A stretch of DNA of 64,000 nt from Angustibacter luteus (GCF_039541115.1 NZ_BAABFP010000002.1:62001-126000), one strand, 5' to 3'. Counted from the stretch's first letter, positions 37,473-47,912 are shown. Notes: generated by a model not told the origin, from the sequence alone. Numbers and translations are program-made.

Positions 37473-40208
37473 TCAGGGCGGGGACGACGGGAGCTTGGCC
37501 GAGAGCTCGGCCCGCGAGGTGATGCCGAGCTTGATGTACACGTTGCGCAGGTGGTACTCGATCGTCTTCGGGCTGAGGAAGAGGGCCGCCGCGGCTTCCC
37601 GCGTCGTCCGACCACCGGCGAGCAGGCGGGCGACCTGGAGCTCCTGCGGGGTGAGCTCGCGGATCCCGCTGGCGTCCCGGCGCTGGGCGCTCTCCCCCGT
37701 CGCCAGCAACTCGGCCGCCGCCTGCTCGGCCCACGGGGCGGCGCCGAGCCGGTCGAACGTCGCGAGCGCGGCCCGCAACGGTTCGCGGGCGTCCGTGCGC
37801 CGGCGCGCCCGCCGGAGCCGCGCGCCGTGCGCCAGCTGCGTGCGGGCGACCTCGAAGGAGTCCAGGGTGTGCTCGTGGTGCCGCAAGGCTTCGGTGATCT
37901 GCTGGTCCACCTCGTCGTCCGGGCAGGTCATCGCGAGGGCGCGCGCGGCCCGGGCGAGCGACCAGGGCTGCCCCTTCGCCACCGCCCCCTGGGCGTAGCC
38001 GGCGGCCAGCTCGCGTGCGTCGTCCGGGCGACCGAGCCGGACCAGCGCGTCCACCAGCTCGGGTGCCGGCGACAGGTCGACGTCCTCGAACCCGAGCCCG
38101 ACCAGCAGCTGCTGCAGCTGCTGGAAGTGCTGCAGCGCAACGTCCGGACGGCCGAACCCCAGCTCGAGGTCGCCGAGCGCGAACAGCGACCACGCCTCGA
38201 ACAGGCCCAGGTGTCGCTCCCGGGCGATCAGCAGCGCCTCCTGGGCATGCTCTCGACAGCGCGTCTCGTCACCGCGACGCGACTCCAGCCAGGTCAGTCC
38301 GGCCAGGCAGGCCACCAGGTCCGTGGTGTGCCCGGCCTCACGAGCCAGGTGGATCCCTTCGCTGTACGTGGCCTCCGCGTCCTGCCACCGGTCCGTCGTC
38401 GCCTGGTCACGACCGACGGCGAACAGCAGGAAGGGCAGGTCGCCGATCGCGCTGGCTCGGCGCAGCGAGGCCATCACGGCGCTGACCAGCTCGCGGCTGA
38501 TCCCGCTCTCGCGCAGGAACAGCGGCCCGATCACCAGCCACGGTGCGAGCACCGTGTCGTGCCGCAGGACGTCGTCCGCCACCGCCCGCTGGACCGCGCG
38601 GCGGATGCGTTCGGGGCCGCCATGTCCCGTGAGGACCCCGGCGACGCCGGCAGCCATCTGTCCGAGCCAGCGCGCCCGGGTCGAGGTCGCCCTCGCGTCG
38701 AGCTCGTCGATGGCGGCCGCAGCGCGCACGACCGTGGCGGTGTCGGCCAGGAAGAGGCAGTCCACGATCGCGTCGGCGAGCAGCGAGATCGCGGCATCCG
38801 GGTCGGCGTCGGCGAACTCGAGGCCGGCTCTCAGGTGGACGTCCCGGGCGTCCTGAAGCGAACCCGTACGCGCCGCGACGGCACCCGACAGCGCGGCCGC
38901 TCGGATCCTCAGCCCGACCCGGTCCAGCGGGCCGGCCCGCGCCAGCAGGTCGACGGCCGTCGCCGTCAGCCCCGCCAGCCAGGCGCACTCCGCCGCGCTG
39001 ACCAGCCGCTCGACCTGGCGGTCCGGATCCGGGCTGAGCCGGGCGGCGCGCTCGTACGCGGACGCCGCGACCGCCGGCCCGGACCGGTCCCGGGCCCGCT
39101 GCGCCGCGGCGTCCAGCAGGGCCGCGGTGCTCTCGTCGGGGCCGAGGGTCGCCTCACCGAGGTGCCAGGCCCGCCGGTCGGCGTCCGCCTCGGGGAGCGC
39201 GTCGGCCAGCGCCCGATGGACCGCGCGGCGCTGGGCCGGCGTGGCATCCGTGTAGACCCCCGACCGAACCAGGTCGTGCCGGAACCGCACCGTGCCCAGG
39301 TCGAGCCGCACCAGCTCGACCTGCTCGGCCTCGTCCAGGTCCTCGACGGACACCCCCAACGCGGTGCAGGCCCGAGAGACCACCACCAGGTCCCCCGCAC
39401 CGGCGGCCGCCACCAGGAGCGCGGTGCGCGCCGCCGGTGAGAGCCGGTCGGCGCGGCGCGCGAACGCCCGGGCCAGCGACGCGGGCACCCGGACCGGCAC
39501 GTCCGGGGCGAGCGACTCCAGTGAGTCCGCCTCGTCGGCCAGCTCGATCAGCGCCAGCGGGTTGCCCCCGGTCGCCGCGCACAGCCGGGCCACCACGTCC
39601 GGGGCGAGTCGTCGTCCGGACGTCGTCACCAGCGTCCCGGAGTCCGACTCCGACAGCCCCACCACCAGGCGGGTCGGCAGGCCGGCCTCGATGACGGCGC
39701 ACGGGACGTCGTCCCGGGCGGCGAGCAGCAGCACCACCGGGTCGGCGGTCAACCGTCGCGCGGCGAAGCAGAGGGCCTGGGCCGACGGGCGGTCGAGCAG
39801 GTGCGCGTCGTCCACCAGCACGGCGACCGGCTGCTCCTCGGCCAGCCGGCTGAGCAGGCTGAGGGTGGCCGCTCCGATGGCGAACCGGTCACCACCGGTG
39901 CCTGGTCGCAGCGCCAGGGCGGAGGCCAGTGCCTCGGCCTGCGGCTGCGGGATCCGGTCCAGCAGGTCGAGGCCGGGGCGCAGCACCTGCAGCAGCGCGC
40001 CGAACGGCACCTCGGACTCCGACTCCGCACCGGTCGCGCGCAGCAGCCGCATCCCGGCCGCCGCGGCCGTGGCGGCCGTGTCCTCCAGAAGTGCGCTCTT
40101 GCCGATCCCCGCCTCGCCGATCAGCAGCAGGGACCCGCTCTCACCCACCCGCGCACCAGCGACCAGGGCCTCGATGGCCTGGCGCTCGGCCTCGCGACCC
40201 ACCAGCAC
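37473..40208 (-). CDS. LAL-family (AAA ATPase + LuxR HTH) regulator
   Basis: LVGR, GEAGIGKS, VDDAH, GGNPLAL, C-terminal LTPQE..LFLSPKTIEYHL. Confidence 0.93.
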   Translation of the reverse strand: MLVGREAERQAIEALVAGARVGESGSLLLIGEAGIGKSALLEDTAATAAAAGMRLLRATGAESESEVPFGALLQVLRPGLDLLDRIPQPQAEALASALALRPGTGGDRFAIGAATLSLLSRLAEEQPVAVLVDDAHLLDRPSAQALCFAARRLTADPVVLLLAARDDVPCAVIEAGLPTRLVVGLSESDSGTLVTTSGRRLAPDVVARLCAATGGNPLALIELADEADSLESLAPDVPVRVPASLARAFARRADRLSPAARTALLVAAAGAGDLVVVSRACTALGVSVEDLDEAEQVELVRLDLGTVRFRHDLVRSGVYTDATPAQRRAVHRALADALPEADADRRAWHLGEATLGPDESTAALLDAAAQRARDRSGPAVAASAYERAARLSPDPDRQVERLVSAAECAWLAGLTATAVDLLARAGPLDRVGLRIRAAALSGAVAARTGSLQDARDVHLRAGLEFADADPDAAISLLADAIVDCLFLADTATVVRAAAAIDELDARATSTRARWLGQMAAGVAGVLTGHGGPERIRRAVQRAVADDVLRHDTVLAPWLVIGPLFLRESGISRELVSAVMASLRRASAIGDLPFLLFAVGRDQATTDRWQDAEATYSEGIHLAREAGHTTDLVACLAGLTWLESRRGDETRCREHAQEALLIARERHLGLFEAWSLFALGDLELGFGRPDVALQHFQQLQQLLVGLGFEDVDLSPAPELVDALVRLGRPDDARELAAGYAQGAVAKGQPWSLARAARALAMTCPDDEVDQQITEALRHHEHTLDSFEVARTQLAHGARLRRARRRTDAREPLRAALATFDRLGAAPWAEQAAAELLATGESAQRRDASGIRELTPQELQVARLLAGGRTTREAAAALFLSPKTIEYHLRNVYIKLGITSRAELSAKLPSSPP

Positions 40209-40226
40209 CCCACGAGTCTAGGAGGG

Positions 40227-40245
40227 ATCAGGGGGGTCCCCTGAT
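40227..40245. promoter_or_regulatory. Palindrome ATCAGGGG-n3-CCCCTGAT, putative LAL-binding site
   Basis: Perfect 8-bp arms in the 100-bp divergent gap. Confidence 0.6.
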
Positions 40246-40308
40246 GCGAGCGGACCGGCCCAACGCGCAGCCTCGAACGAGAGACACCATCCGAACGAGG
40301 AGAAGCCC

Positions 40309-41418
40309 GTGACCACCATCGATCGACCGACCACCCCGACGACCCCGACCACCACCGAGCGCCCGATCGACCCGTACAAGCTGATGGCGTTCGTGTTCCG
40401 CGCCGTGGACGAGGTCGGCGCCGCGCTGAACACCGCCCTCGTCGTGATGGGCGACGAGCTCGGCTACTACCGCGCGCTGGCCGACGGCACCCCGACGACG
40501 CCGGCCGAGCTGGCCGAGCGGACGAGCACCGACGAGCACTACGCCCGGGAGTGGCTGAGCGCGCAGGCGGCCGGCGGCTACGTCGAGTACGACGCGCAGA
40601 CCCGACGCTTCACGCTGCCCGCCGAGCAGGCCGCGGCGCTGACCGACCCGAGCAGCCCGGCGTACCTGCCAGGGTTCTTCCAGATCGCGCACGGCACGGT
40701 CCGGGACGCCCCGAGCATCATCGAGGCCGCGCGGGACGGCGACGGACTCGGCTGGCACGCGCACAACGCCGACGTGCACGTGGGCTGCGAGCGGTTCTTC
40801 CGCACCATGTACAACGCGCACCTGATCGGCGAGTGGCTGCCGGCGCTGGACGGCGTGGTCGACAAGCTCGAGCGGGGCGGCAAGGTCGCGGACGTGGGCT
40901 GCGGCCACGGTGCGTCGACGATCCTGATGGCCCAGGCGTTCCCGAACGCCACGTTCGTCGGCTCGGACTACCACGAGGGGTCCATCGAGATCGCCCGCCA
41001 GCGCGCGCAGGAGGCGGGGGTGGGCGACCGGATCACGTTCGAGGTGGCTCCGGCCACGGGCTTCAGCGGGTCGGACTTCGACCTGGTGACGATGTTCGAC
41101 TGCCTGCACGACATGGGTGACCCGGTCGGTGCGGCCCGGCACGTCAAGGAGGCCATCGCCGCCGACGGCACCTGGATGGTCGTCGAGCCGATGGCCGGCG
41201 ACCACGTGGAGGACAACCTCAACCCGGTCGGCCGGGCGTTCTACGGCTTCTCGACGCTGCTGTGCACGCCGGCCTCGCTCTCCCAGGACGTCGGGCTCGC
41301 GCTGGGCACCCAGGCCGGCCCGGCCAAGATCCGGGACGTCGCCACCGCAGCCGGGTTCGGACGTTTCCGTCCGGCCGCGAGCACCCCGTTCAACAACGTG
41401 CTCGAGGTCCGGCCTTGA
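40309..41418 (+). CDS. Class I SAM methyltransferase with N-terminal wHTH (Rv2258c-like)
   Basis: GDELGYY, YAREWL, DVGCGHG, FDCLHD, LGTQAG. Confidence 0.88.
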   Translation: MTTIDRPTTPTTPTTTERPIDPYKLMAFVFRAVDEVGAALNTALVVMGDELGYYRALADGTPTTPAELAERTSTDEHYAREWLSAQAAGGYVEYDAQTRRFTLPAEQAAALTDPSSPAYLPGFFQIAHGTVRDAPSIIEAARDGDGLGWHAHNADVHVGCERFFRTMYNAHLIGEWLPALDGVVDKLERGGKVADVGCGHGASTILMAQAFPNATFVGSDYHEGSIEIARQRAQEAGVGDRITFEVAPATGFSGSDFDLVTMFDCLHDMGDPVGAARHVKEAIAADGTWMVVEPMAGDHVEDNLNPVGRAFYGFSTLLCTPASLSQDVGLALGTQAGPAKIRDVATAAGFGRFRPAASTPFNNVLEVRP

Positions 41419-41477
41419 GCGCGGCCAGCGCGACGCCGGCTGCTGACGCGGACGCCGCGCAGGAGCACACTGCCAGG

Positions 41478-43616
41478 GTGGGACACGACCCCAGCCGGGC
41501 GGCCGACCCCGACGTCGAAGGCGTCGTGGAGCGGGACGGCGTCGCGCTGGCCTACGAGGTGTACGGCCAGGACCACCGCCCGACGGTGGTCCTGGTCCCG
41601 ACCTGGTCGATCGTGCCGTCGCGGTTCTGGAAGGCGCAGATCGGCTACCTGTCCCGGCACTACCGGGTCGTGACGTTCGACGGGCGAGGGAGCGGTCGGT
41701 CCGGTCGGCCGGAGGGGGCGGCCGCGTACAGCAACGAGGAGTACGCCGCGGACATCGTGGCGGTGCTGGACGCGACCGAAACCGACCGGGCTGTGCTGGT
41801 CTCGTTGTCCTGCGGGGCGGCGTGGACCGTGCACGTCGCCGCCGGTCACCCCGACCGGGTGCTCGGCCTGTTCTCCATCGCCCCCTCCTGCGGCCTTCGC
41901 GTGCCGAACCAGCAGCGCGACCACATCCCCTGGCTCGAGCCGATCGAGTCCCATGAGGGCTGGGAGAAGTACAACGCGCCGTACTGGCTGGGTGGTGGCT
42001 ACGACGACTTCGTCGACTACTTCTTCGGACGCATGTTCACCGAGCCGCACTCGACGAAGCAGGTCGAGGACTGCGTCGGCTGGGCCCACGAGATCAGCCC
42101 GAACACGCTGGCGGACACCGTCTCCGGCCGGATCGGCTGCGACGGCGCCGTGTGCACGGACATCGAGCCGCTGTGCGCTCAGGTGACCTGCCCGGTGACC
42201 GTCGTGCACGGCACCGAGGACCAGATCAGACCGCACTCCATCGGCGAACGGCTGGCCGAGCTCACCGGCGGGTCGCTGGTGCTGCTGGACGGCGTCGGGC
42301 ACGGCCCGCCGGCCCGGGACCCGGTGCGCACCAACCACTTGATCGCCGAGTTCGTCGACCGGGTCTGCCCGCGTCCGCCCGCCACCACCACGTGGGTGCG
42401 CGCGGCCCGGCGTCCGCGCCGCGCCCTGTACCTGTCCTCCCCCATCGGCCTCGGGCACGCGCAGCGCGACGCCGCGATCGCGGCCGAGCTGCGCCAGCTG
42501 CACCCCGACCTGCAGATCGACTGGCTCGCCCAGCACCCGGTCACCACGGTGCTGGGCGAGCGCGGCGAGCGGGTGCACCTGGCCTCCGCCCTCTTGCGCA
42601 ACGAGTCGGGTCACATCGAGCACGAGTCCGGCGAGCACGACCTGCACGCGTTCCAGGCGATCCGGCGGATGGACGAGATCCTGGTCCACAACTTCATGGT
42701 GTTCGCCGACGTCGTCGAGCAGGAGCCGTACGACCTGGTGATCGGCGACGAGGCCTGGGACGTCGACTACTTCCTGCACGAGAACCCCGAGCTGAAGCGG
42801 TTCTCGTTCGCCTGGATGACCGACTTCGTCGGCTGGCTGCCGATGCCGGACGGCGGGGCGCGCGAGGCCGCGCTGACCGCCGACTACAACGCCGAGATGC
42901 TCGAGCAGCGCGCCCGGTTCTCGCGGGTGCGGGACCGATCGGTCTTCGTGGGCAACCCGGACGACATCGTGGACGACGAGTTCGGGCCGGGCCTGCCCCG
43001 GATCCGGGACTGGACCGAGCAGAACTTCGACTTCGCCGGCTACGTCACCGGCTTCGACCCGGCCGCCGTGCAGGGCAGCGAGCGGGTGCGCGAGCACCTC
43101 GGGATCTCCCCGGACGAGCGGCTGTGCCTGGTCACCGTGGGCGGCTCCGGGGTCGGCGGCTCGCTGCTGCGCCGCGTGGTGGACGCCGTCCCGCTGGCTC
43201 GTCAGCTGGTGCCCGAGCTGCGGTTCGTGTTCGTCACCGGTCCGCGGATCGACCCGGCGTCGTTGCCGATGCCGGCCGGCGCCCAGGTGGTCGGCTACGT
43301 GCCGGACCTCTACCGGCACCTCGCCGCGTGCGACCTGGCCGTGGTGCAGGGCGGTCTGACCACGTGCATGGAGCTGACCGCGCTGCGGAAGCCGTTCGTG
43401 TACGTGCCGCTGCGGAACCACTTCGAGCAGAACCGGCACGTGCGGCAGCGGCTCGACCGCTACGAGGCCGGACGCTTCCTACCGTACGAGGACGCCGTGG
43501 ACCCGGACGGGCTCGCCGAGGCGATCGGCAAGGAGGTCACCCGCTCGGTGGCGTACCGGCCGGTCGAGACGGACGGCGCCGCGCGGGCTGCCGCCCTGCT
43601 CGCCGACCTCCTCTGA
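41478..43616 (+). CDS. Alpha/beta-hydrolase fused to GT-B glycosyltransferase-like domain
   Basis: FDGRGSGRS, VSLSCG, VHGTED, VGH in N-half; SSPIGLGHA, VTVGGSG, QGGLTTCME, HFEQ in C-half. Confidence 0.82.
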   Translation: MGHDPSRAADPDVEGVVERDGVALAYEVYGQDHRPTVVLVPTWSIVPSRFWKAQIGYLSRHYRVVTFDGRGSGRSGRPEGAAAYSNEEYAADIVAVLDATETDRAVLVSLSCGAAWTVHVAAGHPDRVLGLFSIAPSCGLRVPNQQRDHIPWLEPIESHEGWEKYNAPYWLGGGYDDFVDYFFGRMFTEPHSTKQVEDCVGWAHEISPNTLADTVSGRIGCDGAVCTDIEPLCAQVTCPVTVVHGTEDQIRPHSIGERLAELTGGSLVLLDGVGHGPPARDPVRTNHLIAEFVDRVCPRPPATTTWVRAARRPRRALYLSSPIGLGHAQRDAAIAAELRQLHPDLQIDWLAQHPVTTVLGERGERVHLASALLRNESGHIEHESGEHDLHAFQAIRRMDEILVHNFMVFADVVEQEPYDLVIGDEAWDVDYFLHENPELKRFSFAWMTDFVGWLPMPDGGAREAALTADYNAEMLEQRARFSRVRDRSVFVGNPDDIVDDEFGPGLPRIRDWTEQNFDFAGYVTGFDPAAVQGSERVREHLGISPDERLCLVTVGGSGVGGSLLRRVVDAVPLARQLVPELRFVFVTGPRIDPASLPMPAGAQVVGYVPDLYRHLAACDLAVVQGGLTTCMELTALRKPFVYVPLRNHFEQNRHVRQRLDRYEAGRFLPYEDAVDPDGLAEAIGKEVTRSVAYRPVETDGAARAAALLADLL

Positions 43617-43704
43617 CCAAGGTCTGTCCCACGTCGCCGACCGGCGAGGCAGCGCGCCTGGGGCCCTGGCGCCCTGGCGCCGATGAGACTGGGGTGCTCG
43701 CGAG

Positions 43705-44643
43705 CTAGGTGAGCGAGCTGCGATAGGAGTTCAACGACGCATGAAGAGCGAGCAGGCGCTCACATGCCTGCCCGGCCTGCACCTTGCCGAGGTCGGTGTC
43801 GATGCGCGCAGTGGCGTTGTACACGAGCCAGCCGCCTTGCGAGGAGACCCAGCCGCCGAAGGGCCACAGCTCGCCCACGACGTCCGTGTCCGTGGCGCGG
43901 CAGTAGGAGGCCAGGACTCGTCGGAACCCCTCGGCGTCGGTCGACCAGTCAAGCGCCACCGAGACGGCCTCCCGGATGACCGGCTGGGCACCGGCAGCGT
44001 CCCAGTCCAGCGCTACCAACGTGCCCCCGACCACCAGGGTGTTCTTGGGGTCCAGGTCCCCGTGGGACATCGCGTGCGCAGTGACCAGCCCAGGTGCTGC
44101 AGTCGCTGCCTCGAGCGCCGCGAGATCCGGGGCCGCCCGCCACAGCCGATCGGCGAGATCGCCAGGCATGCTGGCGTGGTGGGCCAAGGCCGCCCACCGA
44201 TCGACGTCCCACGGCTCGTCGTCCAACGGCTGGTTGAAGGTCCTTCCAGCTCCGTGGATCTGCGCGAGGAGCGCACCCGCGTGCTCCAGGTGGTCGAGGG
44301 GTTCCGGTGGTCGTCCGTCACACCAGCGGTGAACCCGCACGAGATCGCCATCCACCTCGGCCAGACACCGTCCGTCCGGAAGCTGGATCGGCTCGGGACA
44401 TGGGACCCCCCGCTCGAACGCGGCCGCCTCGACGGCGTAGGCAGCCTCGATATTGCCCCTGAAGTCGGCGCGATCCGCGTTGGCGCGCATGACCTTCACC
44501 GCGAACGTCCCAGCATCGGCCTCAAGCTTCCACAGCTCGTTGGACAGACCCCCTGCCACCTGCTCGACGGCGTACGAGCTCCCCAGACCAAAGGCTTGCG
44601 CGACCTGGCTCGAGTTGCTCAGCACGATGGGAGCCTGCCCCAC
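43705..44643 (-). CDS. APH/choline-kinase-like phosphotransferase
   Basis: GGLSN, AVK, HGDLDPKN, LDWD. Confidence 0.8.
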   Translation of the reverse strand: MGQAPIVLSNSSQVAQAFGLGSSYAVEQVAGGLSNELWKLEADAGTFAVKVMRANADRADFRGNIEAAYAVEAAAFERGVPCPEPIQLPDGRCLAEVDGDLVRVHRWCDGRPPEPLDHLEHAGALLAQIHGAGRTFNQPLDDEPWDVDRWAALAHHASMPGDLADRLWRAAPDLAALEAATAAPGLVTAHAMSHGDLDPKNTLVVGGTLVALDWDAAGAQPVIREAVSVALDWSTDAEGFRRVLASYCRATDTDVVGELWPFGGWVSSQGGWLVYNATARIDTDLGKVQAGQACERLLALHASLNSYRSSLT

Positions 44644-44672
44644 TCAAACGTCGTCGAGCAACGCAGTCGTGC

Positions 44673-45830
44673 TCAGGGACCGCGCGGCAGGTCGATGCCG
44701 ACCGGCAGCTGGTCGACCGGCCAGTCCAGCCGCTCGACGGCGGTGTGGAACGCGAAGCGGTCCGTCATGCCCCCGACGTAGGTCACGGCCGCGGCCACGG
44801 CGGGGTCGACGTCCAGGCTGCTGGGCAGGCGCGGTGCACCGGGCTGGAAGTCGGCCGGCAGGTCCTGCGGGTGGGCGAGGTAGTACTCGACCAGGGCACG
44901 CAGGATCCGGACGACGGAAGCGCTCTGCGCCAACGCTTCCGGCCTGGTGTAGATGCGCTCGTAGTTGAAGGTCCGCAGGCCGGCGAGGGCGGCCGCGTAC
45001 TCCGCGCGCATGCCGATCACGCCGGTCTCGCTGGTGCAGCGCACCAGCTCGCCGACGAACGTGCCGAGCTGGTCGCGCCGGGTGCGCCCGCAGACCGCGG
45101 CCACGTCGTCCGGCAGGTCCGCGGCGTCCACGATCCCGGCGTGCACGGCGTCCTCGAGGTCGTGAGCGGTGTACGCGACCCGGTCCGCCCAGCTCACGAC
45201 CACGCCCTCGGGGGTGCCCGGCGAAGGACGCGACCACGAGTGGTTGCGGATGCCGTCCAGCGTCTGGGTGCACAGGTTCAGCGGCGTCAGCACGACGTCG
45301 GCGCCCCACACGGCGTGGTCGTAGCCGTCCGGCAGGAAGGTGTCGAACGCCTCCTCGCTGGCGTGCCCGCCAGGGCCGTGGCCGCAGTCGTGACCGATCG
45401 CGATCGCCTCGGTGAGCGCCACGTTGAGCCCGCAGCCGCGCGCCACCGCGGTGGCCACCTGGGCGACCTCCAGGGCGTGGGTCAGCCGGGTGCGCTGGTG
45501 GTCGGCCGGGTAGACGAACACCTGGGTCTTGCCGGCCAGCCGCCGGAACGCCGCCGAGTGCAGGATCCGGTCCCGGTCGCGCTCGAAGCAGGTGCGCTCG
45601 GGGTCGGCCTCCTCGGCGCGGGCCCGGTCGCCCGCACCGCGGGCCCGGGTCGCACCGGGTTGCAGGACCTGCTCCTCCAGCTCCTCGCGCTGTTGGCGGC
45701 CGCGGGGGGCCCGCGGGGTGACGGTCGGCTCGGCGTCGGAGTGCGCGGTCGTCACGCCGCCGGTGACCTGGTGACCCTCGGCAGTCGACGCCCAGGCCTG
45801 GCTGCGTCGGGACGGTCCCGCGCCAGTCAC
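44673..45830 (-). CDS. dgt: Deoxyguanosinetriphosphate triphosphohydrolase-like HD protein
   Basis: FERDRDRILHS.AFRRLAGKTQV, RTRLTH, HDCGHGP.GH, YVGGMTD; exact start uncertain. Confidence 0.9.
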   Translation of the reverse strand: MTGAGPSRRSQAWASTAEGHQVTGGVTTAHSDAEPTVTPRAPRGRQQREELEEQVLQPGATRARGAGDRARAEEADPERTCFERDRDRILHSAAFRRLAGKTQVFVYPADHQRTRLTHALEVAQVATAVARGCGLNVALTEAIAIGHDCGHGPGGHASEEAFDTFLPDGYDHAVWGADVVLTPLNLCTQTLDGIRNHSWSRPSPGTPEGVVVSWADRVAYTAHDLEDAVHAGIVDAADLPDDVAAVCGRTRRDQLGTFVGELVRCTSETGVIGMRAEYAAALAGLRTFNYERIYTRPEALAQSASVVRILRALVEYYLAHPQDLPADFQPGAPRLPSSLDVDPAVAAAVTYVGGMTDRFAFHTAVERLDWPVDQLPVGIDLPRGP

Positions 45831-46495
45831 GACAGGGCTCGGTGGAAGCGGTAGTACAGGTACGCGGCGGCCTCCCGGACCACGTACTTGGCGTCGGCCG
45901 CGGGGCTGGCCACGCTCGGGCCGGTCGTGGTCGGTGAGCCGTAGGCGGTGATGCCCTGGTCGGCGAGCATGGTCGTGCTGCGCAGCTCGTGCCAGCGGTC
46001 GGTGACGACCACCGCCGACGTCCAGTGGTGGGCGCTCAGGACGGGCGCGGCCAGCTGGACGCTCTGCAGGGTGTCCCGGCCCTTCTCGACGGCGACGACG
46101 TCCCCGGCGGGCACACCGTGCCGCACCAGCCAGTCGCGCCCGCTGCCACCCTCGGTGTAGGTGTCCCCCGGCTGCTTGCCGCCGACGGTCACCACCTTCG
46201 TGGCCGTGCCCGACTGGTAGAGCGCCAGGGCGTGCTCCAGGCGGGCGAGCAGGTACGGCCCCGGGGTGCCGTTGAACTGGGCGGCACCGAGGACCACCAC
46301 GGTGTCGGCTCCGCGGGCGTCGTCGGCCCGGCCGTGGGTCACCACGAGCGCCGCGCTCCAGACGAAGAGCGCCACCGCGACCGCCAGCAGCGCGACCAGG
46401 GCGCCCAGGACCAGGCGCAGCGGCGAGCGGCGCCGGCGCGATGGCGCTGCTGGTGGCGTGCTCGGACGCGACGCGGTCGCCGCGCCGCTACCCAC
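45827..46495 (-). CDS. YdcF/DUF218 family membrane protein
   Basis: VVLGAA, ARL, GG....TE, VVTD.WH.LR, REA. Confidence 0.85.
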   Translation of the reverse strand: MGSGAATASRPSTPPAAPSRRRRSPLRLVLGALVALLAVAVALFVWSAALVVTHGRADDARGADTVVVLGAAQFNGTPGPYLLARLEHALALYQSGTATKVVTVGGKQPGDTYTEGGSGRDWLVRHGVPAGDVVAVEKGRDTLQSVQLAAPVLSAHHWTSAVVVTDRWHELRSTTMLADQGITAYGSPTTTGPSVASPAADAKYVVREAAAYLYYRFHRALS

Positions 46496-47720
46496 CGCTC
46501 ACCGACAGCTCGGCCTCGCGGATCATCCGGGCGGACTCGCCCTGCAGCTCACGGCTGTCCAGCCAGCCGTCCGGCAGGGCAACCCGCTTCTGCGGCGTGC
46601 CGGCCCGACCCCGCTGGCCCTCGGCCGGGTCGCCCGGCCACGGCTGGCTGAGGTCGAGCTCGGCGACCAGCGCGTCGAGGTCGGCGAGCGTGTCGACCAT
46701 CGCGAGCGCGGCGCGGGACGGCTGGCCGACCGCGAAACCCTTGAGGTACCAGGCGACGTGCTTGCGGATGTCGCGGCAGGCCTTGCGTTCGCCGTCCGGG
46801 TAGCCGGCCTCGGCGTAGTGCTCGGCCAGCAGCTCGACGTGCCGGCGCATCGCCGCAGTGACCTCGGCGAGGGTGGGCGTCACCCGGACCTGCTGGCCCG
46901 CGAACGCGGCCGCGAGGTCGGCGAACAGCCACGGCCGGCCCAGGCAGCCGCGGCCCACGACGACGCCGTCGCAGCCGGTCTGGCGCACCATCTCGAGCGC
47001 GTCGTCGGCGCTCCACACGTCACCGTTGCCGAGCACCGGGATGCTGGTGACGGCCTCCTTCAGCTGGGCGATCGCCGTCCAGTCCGCGCGCCCCGAGTAG
47101 TACTGGGCCGCCGTGCGGCCGTGCAGGCTGACCGCAGCGACGCCCTCCTGCTCGGCCGTGCGTCCGGCATCCAGGAAGGTCAGGTGGTCGTCGTCCACGC
47201 CCTTGCGCATCTTGACCGTGACCGGGACGCCGGCCGGGCCGGCCGCGCGAACCGCCTCGCGGACGATGTCGCGAAAGAGGGTGGCCTTCCAGGGCAGGGC
47301 CGAGCCACCGCCCTTGCGGGTCACCTTGGGGACAGGGCAGCCGAAGTTGAGGTCGATGTGGTCCGCGCGGTCCTCGTCGACGAGCATCCGGACGGCCGCG
47401 CCCACGGTCGCCGGGTCGACGCCGTACAGCTGGACGCTGCGCGGGCTCTCGCCCGGGCCGTGCTGGATGAGCCGCATCGACTCCGGCGAGCGCTCCACCA
47501 GCGCCCGCGACGTCACCATCTCGCTCACGTACAGGCCCGCGCCGACGCCGGGCAGGCCGGCGTCCGCCAGCGCCTGGCCAGCGAGCTCGCGGCAGAGCTG
47601 ACGGAACGCCGCGTTCGTGATGCCCGCCATCGGCGCCAGCACCACGGGCGTGCCGATCCGGTGCGGCCCGATCGACAGCTCGGGCACGGCCGGTGCCTCG
47701 GGCAGGGCGATCGTGGTCAT
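46488..47720 (-). CDS. dusB: tRNA-dihydrouridine synthase
   Basis: LAPMAGIT, DLNFGCP, HGRT, GNGD, GRGCLGRPW. Confidence 0.94.
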   Translation of the reverse strand: MTTIALPEAPAVPELSIGPHRIGTPVVLAPMAGITNAAFRQLCRELAGQALADAGLPGVGAGLYVSEMVTSRALVERSPESMRLIQHGPGESPRSVQLYGVDPATVGAAVRMLVDEDRADHIDLNFGCPVPKVTRKGGGSALPWKATLFRDIVREAVRAAGPAGVPVTVKMRKGVDDDHLTFLDAGRTAEQEGVAAVSLHGRTAAQYYSGRADWTAIAQLKEAVTSIPVLGNGDVWSADDALEMVRQTGCDGVVVGRGCLGRPWLFADLAAAFAGQQVRVTPTLAEVTAAMRRHVELLAEHYAEAGYPDGERKACRDIRKHVAWYLKGFAVGQPSRAALAMVDTLADLDALVAELDLSQPWPGDPAEGQRGRAGTPQKRVALPDGWLDSRELQGESARMIREAELSVSGG

Positions 47721-47780
47721 CCCCCCATTGTCCCAGGTTCGGCCGAGTGATCGAAATCCTCGACCCGCCACGGGCCCCAG

Positions 47781-47837
47781 GTGTGTCGCGGCGCAACGCC
47801 ACTGCGCACCTATTGGAGTAGCGGCACGCAGTCCCAA
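47781..47837 (+). repeat. Left 57-bp inverted repeat
   Basis: 55/57 identical to reverse complement of 48937-48993. Confidence 0.95.
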
Positions 47838-47853
47838 CCGAGCCGGCCGCCCC

Positions 47854-47862
47854 TTGTCCACA
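47854..47862 (+). promoter_or_regulatory. DnaA-box-like 9-mer TTGTCCACA
   Basis: Exact actinobacterial DnaA box, 50 bp upstream of ORF start. Confidence 0.5.
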
Positions 47863-47912
47863 GATTCGCGTCCGGAGCGTTGGGACCCGCACAGGACCGG
47901 CAGAGTGATCCA

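Noticed and set aside
40325..40356. 9-bp repeats (PTT)n at methyltransferase N-terminus
   Set aside because: Short in-frame low-complexity tail
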